In this document: positions 26,903-35,850 of the stretch, piece by piece
How the letters are laid out: every line of letters begins with the position of its first letter
How positions within the stretch are numbered: the stretch's first letter is position 1
Assembly: GCA_023132255.1 (NCBI GenBank)
Contig: JAGLYK010000006.1
Span: forward strand, 1-47,083
Direction: 5' to 3'
DNA length: 47,083 bases
Source of the DNA: Candidatus Pacearchaeota archaeon
GTDB lineage: Archaea > Nanobdellota > Nanobdellia > Pacearchaeales > GW2011-AR1
The notes under the pieces: model-generated
The model's input: only the letters and a program-made list of their open reading frames with translations
What the model was told of the DNA's origin: nothing
Databases searched by the model: none
Translations under genes and position numbers: made by a program

Positions 26903-28180
26903 TTAAGATTCTCTTACTACAAATTCATTCATTGAACAAAAAGTAGTTCCAAAATCGTCTTTTGAAGTTGCGGAATAAAATACATTCCCTCCAGAATCTC
27001 TTGAAGTTGCATCAACATAATAATATTTTTTCCCGTTGTGAGTTACATAACGCTCTGAACCGCCTAAAGTAATTCCATCAACATAAAGAATCCCGACGAT
27101 TGCGTGATAAGAAGTATAATCATGACAAGGTCCAACTAAATAGTGGGCATCGTAGCCAATTTCTCTTAATAACGCTGTCGCCATAACTGCGCTATCTGCA
27201 CAAAGCCCTTCTTTTTTGACAATTGTTTCCATTGGGAAATTTGCCCAATCTGGTAAAGGTTTATCGAAATTTAGTTTTGTGTAATCATAATTAAAAGAAC
27301 GGGAAAATGCAATAGTCATCATTAATTTATCTGCATCATTATATCCTTCTGCATTTGCTAATTGATTCATTATTTGAGCAACTTCTTCTAATTGCGGGTC
27401 TTTTCGATTAATTAAATTTTCTTTGGGCATATTTTCATAAGATGAAATAACATCTTCACTAATTTTTATTTCAAAATTAAGGTTTTGTGGGAACGGACAA
27501 AATCCCCAAATACAATTTTTTCCATAGTACCAATCATAATTAATGTTGTCTGGCAAATATTCAAAAAGAGGGTGATTGTCATAACCATCTAAAACTGTAT
27601 CTCCATCTGTGTCTGGATTATATCTGTCTGTGCCTTTTTGTATTTCCTCATAATCAAAGAAAGCATCGTTGTCGCTGTCGTCTGGTTCGCAAGAATGCTC
27701 TTGGCTATTACAAGTATAATATTGGGGGCAAGATTTATCTTGATATTTTATATCATTTATACAACAATCAAAAGGACATTCAGGTTTAACACATTTGTTT
27801 AAATTTGCATCACAAACTAAACCATTTGAACAACCAGCATCTATACAACAAGTTTCGCTCGTTTCTCCTTCGTCTTTGTATCCATCTCCACAAACAATTG
27901 TATAACATCCTAAATTATCTGATTTTGTTCTATCAGGAAAACAAATTTGGTCAGATTTACAAACACATTTTGAAGGAGTATTTTGGCAATTTTCTCCTTT
28001 ATTATATTTACAAGAAGCATCCTCTTCAAATAAACTCCAAGAAGATTTTTTTGATTCTTCTCCACTTGTTGTAGAAGAAGAATTGCTTGGTTGATAAATA
28101 AAAAATAAAACAATAAGAAAAACAATAATAACAACACTTCCTGCAATATACCAAATATTATTCTTTTTCTTTTTAGCCAT
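26903..28180 (-). CDS. Membrane-anchored Cys-rich transglutaminase-like protein
   Basis: N-terminal TM, Cys-rich repeats, DSDND/DTDGD Ca-binding-like motifs, GLCAD...HA...VDAT triad. Confidence 0.75.
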   Translation of the reverse strand: MAKKKKNNIWYIAGSVVIIVFLIVLFFIYQPSNSSSTTSGEESKKSSWSLFEEDASCKYNKGENCQNTPSKCVCKSDQICFPDRTKSDNLGCYTIVCGDGYKDEGETSETCCIDAGCSNGLVCDANLNKCVKPECPFDCCINDIKYQDKSCPQYYTCNSQEHSCEPDDSDNDAFFDYEEIQKGTDRYNPDTDGDTVLDGYDNHPLFEYLPDNINYDWYYGKNCIWGFCPFPQNLNFEIKISEDVISSYENMPKENLINRKDPQLEEVAQIMNQLANAEGYNDADKLMMTIAFSRSFNYDYTKLNFDKPLPDWANFPMETIVKKEGLCADSAVMATALLREIGYDAHYLVGPCHDYTSYHAIVGILYVDGITLGGSERYVTHNGKKYYYVDATSRDSGGNVFYSATSKDDFGTTFCSMNEFVVRES

Positions 28181-28315
28181 CTTAAATTAATAGAGAACTA
28201 AAAGTTTAAAAGTTTATCTTTTTCTTTTCTTGGGTTTTCTAAAAATTGTATCTAACTAATTACCAAACTTGATGAGGGCAGTAATAAAATTAAAAGAACT
28301 TAAACCCAAAAATTA

Positions 28316-28891
28316 CTATCTCCAATTCCTTTTAAGACCTTGTCTTTCTTTTATTAAATCTAATAATTTAGAAGTAAACACAAAATCCAAATTATCTAAA
28401 TTTTTCGGATAAAGTGAAATAAACTCAACATCATTTGTTTTATATAATTTCTTTTTATAATCGTAACTTTTGTTTTTATACTCTTTATTGTCTATCATGC
28501 CCCAATATTCAACAAATACTTCAAATTCTGGCAAGAAAAAATCTGGTTCAACCTTGACTGAAAGAAAAGGGATTGTAATACCAAAAAAAGTTTTGTTTAA
28601 TTTAATAACAGGGTGATGACGATAAATTATGTTCTTTCTTTTAAAATAGTTCGCGATAATTTCTTCTTTTTGTGAATCATAATGATTTTTCTTATATGGT
28701 TTGATTATTTCATATTTTCTTTTTGTTTCTCCTATAAATACTAAAATTGAAAATATTATAAATAAGTAACCAAACCCTTTAATTGCTTCTATCAAATCTT
28801 TTTGTTTTGAAAAAACCATTAACAAACCTATAAGAAAAAAGAATATTGCTCCTTGCTGTCTTGTTGAAAGTATTTTAAGGAATTTTCCCAT
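28316..28891 (-). CDS. Two-TM protein with PD-(D/E)xK-like nuclease domain
   Basis: S..E..IA.Y, PDFFL...VEYWG, Y..K. Confidence 0.65.
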   Translation of the reverse strand: MGKFLKILSTRQQGAIFFFLIGLLMVFSKQKDLIEAIKGFGYLFIIFSILVFIGETKRKYEIIKPYKKNHYDSQKEEIIANYFKRKNIIYRHHPVIKLNKTFFGITIPFLSVKVEPDFFLPEFEVFVEYWGMIDNKEYKNKSYDYKKKLYKTNDVEFISLYPKNLDNLDFVFTSKLLDLIKERQGLKRNWR

Positions 28892-29020
28892 GTTATTTTG
28901 TTATATTTTTGATTATATAAATTTATTGAAATGAATTTCAATTTGTATTTACTTTAACCTCAAAATAATTTCTTCTTCCACCACCAACAAATATAATAAT
29001 TCTAAACACTTCTAAATAAT

Positions 29021-29203
29021 ATGGTAATTAAAAGAAAAACCTTAAATGCCTTTCATGCGACTTCCATGAGTGTTATAAAAAGTCGCACACCTGAACAAAA
29101 AGAGAAGGTTAAGCCGAGCGATTTCGTGGTAGGGACAAATGAAAATAAATCCCCCGTGCGAAGTCGGGAGTTAAGGAAACCGCAGGTGTCCTCGCATGGA
29201 TAA
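29021..29203 (+). CDS. Small upstream ORF carrying a copy of the tRNA-repeat hairpin cargo
   Basis: ATG ~22 nt after AATATATAA; overlaps next ATG; codons PSDFVV...RELR coincide with the repeat at 29115-29179. Confidence 0.45.
   Translation: MVIKRKTLNAFHATSMSVIKSRTPEQKEKVKPSDFVVGTNENKSPVRSRELRKPQVSSHG
29115..29179 (+). repeat. Dispersed copy of the hairpin cargo of the tRNA-linked unit (reverse complement of 6571-6637)
   Basis: First 21 nt identical (CGAGCGATTTCGTGGTAGGGA), then AAAATAAAT..CCCGTG.GAAGTCGGGAG.TAA.GAAA. Confidence 0.88.
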
Positions 29204-29654
29204 ATTCCTTGAAAATCTTGAAGAAGCACACAAGATAATCTCCATTGCTGACCACATGCTTTATGTAACCTTTCCTTTGATTCAAGACAAAAAACTTTTG
29301 TTAAAAATTCTACTAGACACAAAAATTGCAATTTCCAAGTGCATTAGTTCTGTCCTCCAATACGAATATCTTTACAAAAGAATAAAACTTTGCAATGACC
29401 CAAAAACAAATTTCAGGACATTTACAGAAAAATGTGCCAAGAGATATAATATTACAGAACAAGAAATTAGATTAATCGCGGAATTATTTGATGTTGTAGA
29501 AGAGCATAAAAAAAGTTCAATGGAATTTATGAAAAATGAAAAAATTGTAATTCTTTCCCAAAATTTACAGCAAAAAATAGTAACAATTGAAAAAGTCAAG
29601 GAATTTTTAATATTAGCAAAAAATATTTTGGAAAAAATTAAAAAAACAGTTTAA
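29196..29654 (+). CDS. Conserved hypothetical helical protein (ADHxLYV motif)
   Basis: IADHMLYVT; motif shared with the next gene. Confidence 0.75.
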   Translation: MDKFLENLEEAHKIISIADHMLYVTFPLIQDKKLLLKILLDTKIAISKCISSVLQYEYLYKRIKLCNDPKTNFRTFTEKCAKRYNITEQEIRLIAELFDVVEEHKKSSMEFMKNEKIVILSQNLQQKIVTIEKVKEFLILAKNILEKIKKTV

Positions 29655-29670
29655 AGAGAACTTTTTCCTG

Positions 29671-29781
29671 TAACTTTGCTCTTTTGTTTTTGTGAAGTTG
29701 CCTAGTAAACCTTTTGTGTTGTTGTTTATCCTGAATTCTTAGGAAATCAACTTTGCAAAAATAGAATAGCAAAGTTGCCTA
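29671..29781 (+). repeat. Pair of inverted 30-nt palindromes (REP/BIME-like or long RNA hairpin)
   Basis: 29671-29700 matches the reverse complement of 29748-29777 at 24/30; both are followed by CCTA. Confidence 0.7.
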
Positions 29782-29841
29782 AAGATAAATATAAAAAGCC
29801 TCTGTTCCTAATGGGGTATAGTTCTAATTCATTAGATTAAC

Positions 29842-30282
29842 ATGGAAGAAATAATTCAGGAAAAAATAAGTGCAGACCATCTCCTTTATGTTAGCTTAAA
29901 ATATACAAAAACCTGTGATGTGATACTAAACCTCATTCGAAGGTGGAGGAGAATGATTGAAGTGAGTATCAACGAAATATTAAAACACGCCGAGAAAAAA
30001 AAGAAAATATCTTCAGTTCCTTTGAATCCCATAGGAAAAATAGAAGAGGTAAAAAAATTATTCAAGAAGAATAAAGATTTCTTGCAAGTCATAGAAATGT
30101 ATGAGATGTTCAGAAAAATTGAAGAATTAAAAAAAGAACGAACAGGCGAGTTCAGGAAAAACGTTAACTTGAAAATATTTTACAGAGGGAAAGAAATAAA
30201 TGTAAATTTGGAACAACTAAAAATATATGCAGAAATGTTGGAAAAGTTTATAAGTACAACAAAGCAATTTCTTCTATTATAA
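29842..30282 (+). CDS. Conserved hypothetical helical protein (ADHxLYV motif)
   Basis: SADHLLYVSLKYTKTCDV...EFRK. Confidence 0.75.
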   Translation: MEEIIQEKISADHLLYVSLKYTKTCDVILNLIRRWRRMIEVSINEILKHAEKKKKISSVPLNPIGKIEEVKKLFKKNKDFLQVIEMYEMFRKIEELKKERTGEFRKNVNLKIFYRGKEINVNLEQLKIYAEMLEKFISTTKQFLLL

Positions 30283-30299
30283 AGATTATATTCTTTAAA

Positions 30300-31076
30300 A
30301 TGTCAAAAATAATTGTCATTACATCTGGTAAAGGGGGTGTTGGAAAAACTACCTCTGCAATAAATCTAGGAGCAGCCATAAATTATTTTGGTAAAGACTC
30401 ATTAATTATCGACGGAAATCTCTCCACACCAAACATTGGAATCCATTTAAATTCCCCAGAAGTCCCGATAAATCTAAACCATGTGTTGTTAAATAAAGCA
30501 GAACCTTTCGAGGCTGTTTATGAACATGAATCAGGAATAAAAATCATGCCCTCATCTTTATCAATAAAAGAACTGAAAAAAATACAGCCAAAAAAAATAA
30601 AAGATTTTAAAAAAGATTTTAAGGAACTTTCAGAATATATTATTATTGACAGTGCTGCAGGACTTGGCGATGAAGCAATATCTGCAATTGAAATAGCTGA
30701 TGAATTAATAGTAGTTACAAATCCTGAAATGCCTGCAATCACTGACGCATTAAAAACAATCAAGATTGCAGAGCAGTTAAAAAAACCAGTCAAAGGAGTG
30801 ATAATAACAAGAGTCAAAAAAAATAAAATAGAAATGCCCCCTGAAACAGTAAAAGAAATGCTGGAAACCCCTGTTCTTGGAATGGTTCCGGAAGACATAG
30901 ATATTCAAAAATCCTTAAGTCTGCGGGACACTGTTGTCCATACTTTTCCAAAAAGCAAGTCAGCAAGAGCATACAAGGAAATTGCAGCAAGAATTTTAGA
31001 TGTAGAATATGATTCTAAAAAAGACAGGGAAAAATTAATTAAAAGAGTTCTTCAAAAGCTGGGATTAAGTAGTTAA
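30300..31076 (+). CDS. minD: MinD/ParA-family ATPase
   Basis: SGKGGVGKTT, IDS.AG, TNPE..AITDA, amphipathic C-terminal tail. Confidence 0.9.
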   Translation: MSKIIVITSGKGGVGKTTSAINLGAAINYFGKDSLIIDGNLSTPNIGIHLNSPEVPINLNHVLLNKAEPFEAVYEHESGIKIMPSSLSIKELKKIQPKKIKDFKKDFKELSEYIIIDSAAGLGDEAISAIEIADELIVVTNPEMPAITDALKTIKIAEQLKKPVKGVIITRVKKNKIEMPPETVKEMLETPVLGMVPEDIDIQKSLSLRDTVVHTFPKSKSARAYKEIAARILDVEYDSKKDREKLIKRVLQKLGLSS

Positions 31077-31412
31077 TCACTTGATTTTACTACCAACTTC
31101 AACATCTTTATCTGGTTTAATTAATTTGACTTTTGATTCATCGTTGCTAACAGAAGCTAAAACCATTCCCTGACTTTCAATTCCCCGCAATTTCCGAGGA
31201 GCAAGATTTACAAACAAAATTATTTTTTTACCAACTAATTCTTCTTTTGAATAATAAGCTTTTAAACCAGCACAAACAGTTCTTTTTTCAGAACCAATAT
31301 CCACAAAAAGTTTGAAAAGTTTGTCAGCACCTTTAATGTTTTCAACTTCCAAAATTTTTCCAACTCTTAAGTCAAGTTTTTCCCAATCTTCAAAATTAAT
31401 TATGTTTTCCAT
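31077..31412 (-). CDS. Stand-alone tRNA-binding OB protein (MetRS C-domain/Trbp111-like)
   Basis: LDLRVGKI, ADKL, NLAPRKLRGIESQGM. Confidence 0.9.
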   Translation of the reverse strand: MENIINFEDWEKLDLRVGKILEVENIKGADKLFKLFVDIGSEKRTVCAGLKAYYSKEELVGKKIILFVNLAPRKLRGIESQGMVLASVSNDESKVKLIKPDKDVEVGSKIK

Positions 31413-31619
31413 TTAAACAAACACCCCATAATATTTAAGAGATATTAATGGCTCTAATCTCGGAACATGATCTCTTTGAATTTTTTGAAAACCATTATCT
31501 TGTGAATAAAGTCTTTTCAAATACCTTATTTCTATTCCCTCTTTATTAACTTCTTTTTCTAATTTTTTTAAGGATGAATTAAAATTCAGAGAATTTTCGC
31601 TTTCTAATTCTTTTTTCAT
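31413..31619 (-). CDS. Small hypothetical protein (68 aa)
   Basis: ATG at 31619 just after the metG stop; its stop abuts the OB-protein ATG. Confidence 0.45.
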   Translation of the reverse strand: MKKELESENSLNFNSSLKKLEKEVNKEGIEIRYLKRLYSQDNGFQKIQRDHVPRLEPLISLKYYGVFV

Positions 31620-31620
31620 T

Positions 31621-33078
31621 TCATATTTTCTTAAAAAGAATTTCACTCTTTTTAATCTTTGTTGCACTAAACTGCTTTTTAATTTTTTCGGCACTTTCCG
31701 GAATAAATGGCCAAAGCAAATCAGCAATTTTTAAGATTGACTCTTTTAATTCATAAAGAACTTTTTTATCTCTAGTTTCCCACGGCTTTTTATTCTGAAC
31801 ATATTCATTACAAATATCAATAAAACTAAAAATTTCATTTAATACTTTATCAAATTCATAATTCTCAAAAAGTTTTTCAATTTTTGCCTCATTTAATTTT
31901 TTTAATAATTTATTTTTGCCCCCGAATACTCCATCCTGCATATCAAGGGGTACACCCTTGGGTGCAGATTTACTAATTCCAAATTTTTCAATAAGTCCGG
32001 AAACCCTTGAAACCAAGTTCCCTAATTTATTCGCGAGTTCATTATTATGCCTATCAATCAAAGCTTGCTCTGAAAAATCTCCGTCATCCCCAAAAGGCGT
32101 TTCTCTTAAAAGAAAATACCTGATTGAATCAACATTTCCGGTAATAGATATTAATTCATTCACATTGATTACTTTCCCTCGCGACTTTGAAATTTTCTTT
32201 TTATTAAATGTCCAGTATCCGTGAACAAAAATAGTTTTAGGGAGTTTGATTCCAGCAGACATTAACATAGTTGGCCAGATAACAACATGAAACCACATGA
32301 TATCTTTAGCAACAATATGCAAATCAGCGGGCCAAAATTTTGAAAATTTTTTATCATCTTTTAAATAACCAACCCCAGTAAGATAATTCAAAAGTGCATC
32401 AAACCAAACATAAGAAATATGTTTGTTATCAAAAGGCAATTTAATCCCCCAATTAAAACTTGTTCTTGAAATACTTAAATCCTGCAAATCCTCTAAACGA
32501 TTAATAATTTCTTTAACCCGAAACTTAGGCAATATAAAGTTAGGATTATCTTTATACAATTTTAAAAGCTTCTTTTTATATTTTGATAATTTAAAAAAAT
32601 AACTTTTTTCTTTTAATTTTTCTGCTTTTGTTTTATGTATTGGGCAACATCCATCAACTAAATCTCTTTCAGTATAATATGCCTCGCAACCCGTGCAATA
32701 AAGTCCCTCATATTCTCCCAAATAAATATCTCCTTTATCAAAAACTTTCTGCAGAATTTTTAAAACAACTTTTTCATGATCTTTTTCTGTTGTTCGAATA
32801 AACCGGTCATAATCAATATTTAGTTTTTTCCACGCATTCTTGAACTCAGGAACTAATTCATCAACAAACTCCTTTGGATTTTTTGTTTTTTTCTTAGCAG
32901 CAGTTTCAATTTTTTTCCCATGCTCGTCAGTTCCTGTCAAATAAAAAACATCTTCTCCTTTGAGTTTATGCCCCCTGGCAATTACATCGCCAACTATGGT
33001 TGTGTATGCGTGGCCCACATGCGGGATATCATTTGGATAATATATCGGGGTTGTAACATAAAATTTTTTCCTTGCCAT
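31621..33078 (-). CDS. metG: Methionyl-tRNA synthetase (single-knuckle, bacterial-like core)
   Basis: TTPIYY..PHVGH, GTDEHG, C..CE...CPIH, YVWFDAL, KISKS. Confidence 0.95.
   Translation of the reverse strand: MARKKFYVTTPIYYPNDIPHVGHAYTTIVGDVIARGHKLKGEDVFYLTGTDEHGKKIETAAKKKTKNPKEFVDELVPEFKNAWKKLNIDYDRFIRTTEKDHEKVVLKILQKVFDKGDIYLGEYEGLYCTGCEAYYTERDLVDGCCPIHKTKAEKLKEKSYFFKLSKYKKKLLKLYKDNPNFILPKFRVKEIINRLEDLQDLSISRTSFNWGIKLPFDNKHISYVWFDALLNYLTGVGYLKDDKKFSKFWPADLHIVAKDIMWFHVVIWPTMLMSAGIKLPKTIFVHGYWTFNKKKISKSRGKVINVNELISITGNVDSIRYFLLRETPFGDDGDFSEQALIDRHNNELANKLGNLVSRVSGLIEKFGISKSAPKGVPLDMQDGVFGGKNKLLKKLNEAKIEKLFENYEFDKVLNEIFSFIDICNEYVQNKKPWETRDKKVLYELKESILKIADLLWPFIPESAEKIKKQFSATKIKKSEILFKKI
31918..31965 (-). 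mobile_element. Intragenic two-hairpin element, copy D (48 nt, in metG)
   Basis: Sense strand GCACC-CAAG-GGTGTA-CCCC-TTGATAT...GTATTC-GGGGGC. Confidence 0.75.
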
Positions 33079-33153
33079 AAATAAAATACAATTACAAGAT
33101 ATAAAAAACTAACTAAAAACATTTATTAACAATAATTACTGATTAAATTAAAG

Positions 33154-34530
33154 ATGGTGGGTAAAAAACAAGAGGAAAAATTAAAGAAAAAAGCAAGAAG
33201 GCACAGCATTGCAGAAGGGATTTTCGCTTCAGCTAAAAATTCATTTGGGCATTATTATGTTTCTCCATTTGCAATAGCAATTAATTCAAGTTCATCGTTT
33301 GTTGCCATGATAAGTGCTGTTAGCGGATTGCTTGGTCCTCTAAGCCAAATGTTTGGTTCAAGACTCCCTGAAAAATTTTCCAGGAAAAAAATACTTCTTA
33401 AAACAATTTTCATTGAATCATTAATGTGGCTGCCGTTTGTTGCAATCGCGGTTTTATTTTACAAAGGAATTTTATTAGAATCACTTCCAATTTTAGTTTT
33501 ATTTTCTTTTGCATTGTATATAATTGCAGGAAATCTCGGCTACCCTGCATGGTTCTCATGGATGGGCGACATTGTTGAAAAAAAACACCGAGGAAGATGG
33601 TTCTCAAAAAGAAATTTATTAACAGGTTTTGTTTCAGTAGTTTTAGCAATCTCTGCAGCACTTTTCTTGGATTATTTTGAAAAAAATAATTGGGTAATGT
33701 TTGGGTTTATGATTTTATTTTCATTGGCACTTTTAAGCAGACTAATCTCCTGGAAAATTTTTCACAAACAATACGAACCAAAAATGAAATTAAAAAAAGG
33801 CTACTACTTCTCACTCTGGGATTTTTTGATTAACTCTAATAAAAACAACTTTGGAAAACTTGCATTATTTAGATTTTTCTTCACTTTTACAGTTGCAATT
33901 TCAACTCCTCTTTTAGTAGTTTATTTATTAAGACATTTGAATTTTTCATACACTTTATATATGATAATAATTTTTTCCGGCACAACACTTTCATTAATTA
34001 CTTTAGAGCTGTGGGGGAAATTTGCAGACAGATATGGCAATTACAAAGCCCTCTGCATCGCAGCATCAATGACCCCTTTTGTCCCGATATTATGGATTTT
34101 AAATTCAAATCCCCTTTATCTGATTTTCATACCCTCTGCAATAAACGGAATTGCATGGGCGGGAATTTACCTCGCTGAAAAAAATTTTATATATGATAAT
34201 GTAAATAATGAAAAAAGAGGTCTTGCGATTTCTTATTACAATATTTTCTGGGGTGTTGGGACTTTTTTAGGGGCATTACTCGGAGCATTTTTAATAAAAA
34301 TTTTAAACACTGATTTCATACAGCCAATAACCTTAATTTTCATCATCGGTGCAGTCGCAAGAGGAATTTCTTTACTTTGGTGGCTTCCAAAAATGAGAGA
34401 AACAAGAAAAACAAAAAAATTCACAAATTCAAAAGCATTCAACGAAATTATCCTAAAAGAATCTGTTCCGACAATTAATAAAGAAGTCCATGAAATAATG
34501 CATATAAGAAAATATTTAGATTTCATATAA
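33154..34530 (+). CDS. MFS transporter
   Basis: About 12 hydrophobic helices; WGKFADRYG motif. Confidence 0.88.
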   Translation: MVGKKQEEKLKKKARRHSIAEGIFASAKNSFGHYYVSPFAIAINSSSSFVAMISAVSGLLGPLSQMFGSRLPEKFSRKKILLKTIFIESLMWLPFVAIAVLFYKGILLESLPILVLFSFALYIIAGNLGYPAWFSWMGDIVEKKHRGRWFSKRNLLTGFVSVVLAISAALFLDYFEKNNWVMFGFMILFSLALLSRLISWKIFHKQYEPKMKLKKGYYFSLWDFLINSNKNNFGKLALFRFFFTFTVAISTPLLVVYLLRHLNFSYTLYMIIIFSGTTLSLITLELWGKFADRYGNYKALCIAASMTPFVPILWILNSNPLYLIFIPSAINGIAWAGIYLAEKNFIYDNVNNEKRGLAISYYNIFWGVGTFLGALLGAFLIKILNTDFIQPITLIFIIGAVARGISLLWWLPKMRETRKTKKFTNSKAFNEIILKESVPTINKEVHEIMHIRKYLDFI

Positions 34531-34564
34531 AAAATTATTTAAACTACTAAAATTACATTTTAAT

Positions 34565-35212
34565 ATGTTCAAAAAAAAATTATGTAAAAACTGCGGAAAT
34601 AAAATAAGTAATAAGTATGAATTTTGTCCTTATTGCGGAAACTCTTTTAATGAAAACTCTGGAGATTGGGGCATGTTAGGAAAAACAGATACAATAAATG
34701 AATTTGAGCAATTTTCTAATTCTTTGCTTGGTGGAATTGGAGGAAAGATAATTGGAGGAATGTTGGGTAAAACACTTAAAATGTTAGAGCGGGAAATACA
34801 AAAAGAATTTCATCAAAATTCAGCACCAAGAACAAATTTTGAACTGATAATAAATGGCAAGAGAATTGACCCAAAGCATATTAAGGTGGCACAGCCAATG
34901 CAGGTTGTCAAAAAACCAAGAAAATTTCTTCCAAATATTTCAAATGAATCTCTCAAAAAAATTTCAGGATTGCCAAAAAAAGAACCTCTGACAAATATCA
35001 GGAGATTAGCAGACAGAGTGATTTATGAAATTAATATGCCTGGGGTAAATTCAGTAAATGACATTTCAATAATTAAACTTGAGAGCAGCATTGAGATAAA
35101 AGCCCTTGCAGATAAAAAAGCTTATTTCAAAGTAATCCCAATAAATCTTCCAATAGTAAATTATACATTCTTAGAAGGAAAATTAGTTCTTGAGTTTGGG
35201 ATTAGGAATTGA
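34565..35212 (+). CDS. Zn-ribbon + Hsp20-like domain protein
   Basis: CKNCG...FCPYCG; C-terminal EINMPGV..I.LP..F.EG.L.L alpha-crystallin-like pattern. Confidence 0.7.
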   Translation: MFKKKLCKNCGNKISNKYEFCPYCGNSFNENSGDWGMLGKTDTINEFEQFSNSLLGGIGGKIIGGMLGKTLKMLEREIQKEFHQNSAPRTNFELIINGKRIDPKHIKVAQPMQVVKKPRKFLPNISNESLKKISGLPKKEPLTNIRRLADRVIYEINMPGVNSVNDISIIKLESSIEIKALADKKAYFKVIPINLPIVNYTFLEGKLVLEFGIRN

Positions 35213-35254
35213 GCAACAAAACTTATAAATAACTTAATTCTTTGAATTTTATCT

Positions 35255-35328
35255 GAGCCTGTAGTTCAGTCTGGCAGAACGCTGCTCTGATAAGGCAGAG
35301 GTCCACGGTTCAAATCCGTGCAGGCTCA
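35255..35328 (+). tRNA. tRNA-Ile (GAU)
   Basis: Acceptor GAGCCTG/CAGGCTC-A; anticodon arm CTGCT-CT GAT AA-GGCAG; T arm CACGG-TTCAAAT-CCGTG. Confidence 0.95.
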
Positions 35329-35339
35329 TATGTTTTAAT

Positions 35340-35795
35340 ATGAAAATAAGAAAAGGAGAAATTAAAGATTTTAAAAAACTTTCTTGGGGTTGGCCTAATT
35401 CTAAAAAATTGTTGAAAAAATATATAAAAGGAATAAAGGAAAAAAAACAAGATTTTTTGGTTGTTGAAGAAGGAAAATTATTAATTGGTGAAATACATTT
35501 CTTTTGGGAAAACGAAGATAAACAAAAAGCAGATACAAAAAAGAGGGTTTATTTATGTGCTTTTCGAATACATAAAAAATTTCAAGGAAGGGGAATTGGG
35601 ACTAAATTGATTAATGACGCATTTGAGTATATTAAGAAAAAGGGGTTTAATGAAGTTACGATTGGTTCGTATAAAGAAGAAAAACGAACCCAAAGATATT
35701 ATAAAAAGTTGGGATTTAATAAAAAAGTTAAAATAGACTTAGATAATTCTGGAAAAATTCCTAAAGAGTTTATTCTTTTTCTAAAAAAATTATAA
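35340..35795 (+). CDS. GNAT-family N-acetyltransferase
   Basis: FQGRGIGTKLI acetyl-CoA motif, YKKLGF. Confidence 0.9.
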   Translation: MKIRKGEIKDFKKLSWGWPNSKKLLKKYIKGIKEKKQDFLVVEEGKLLIGEIHFFWENEDKQKADTKKRVYLCAFRIHKKFQGRGIGTKLINDAFEYIKKKGFNEVTIGSYKEEKRTQRYYKKLGFNKKVKIDLDNSGKIPKEFILFLKKL

Positions 35796-35850
35796 TTCAT
35801 TGAAAATTTTTTAACCAAACCTTTAAAAATTAAAATTCTCTCAATGTTTT

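Noticed and set aside
29058-29195. Hammerhead ribozyme or SRP RNA
   Set aside because: GAAAC stem is present but no CUGANGA core and the cleavage position would be G; no SRP helix-8 motif.
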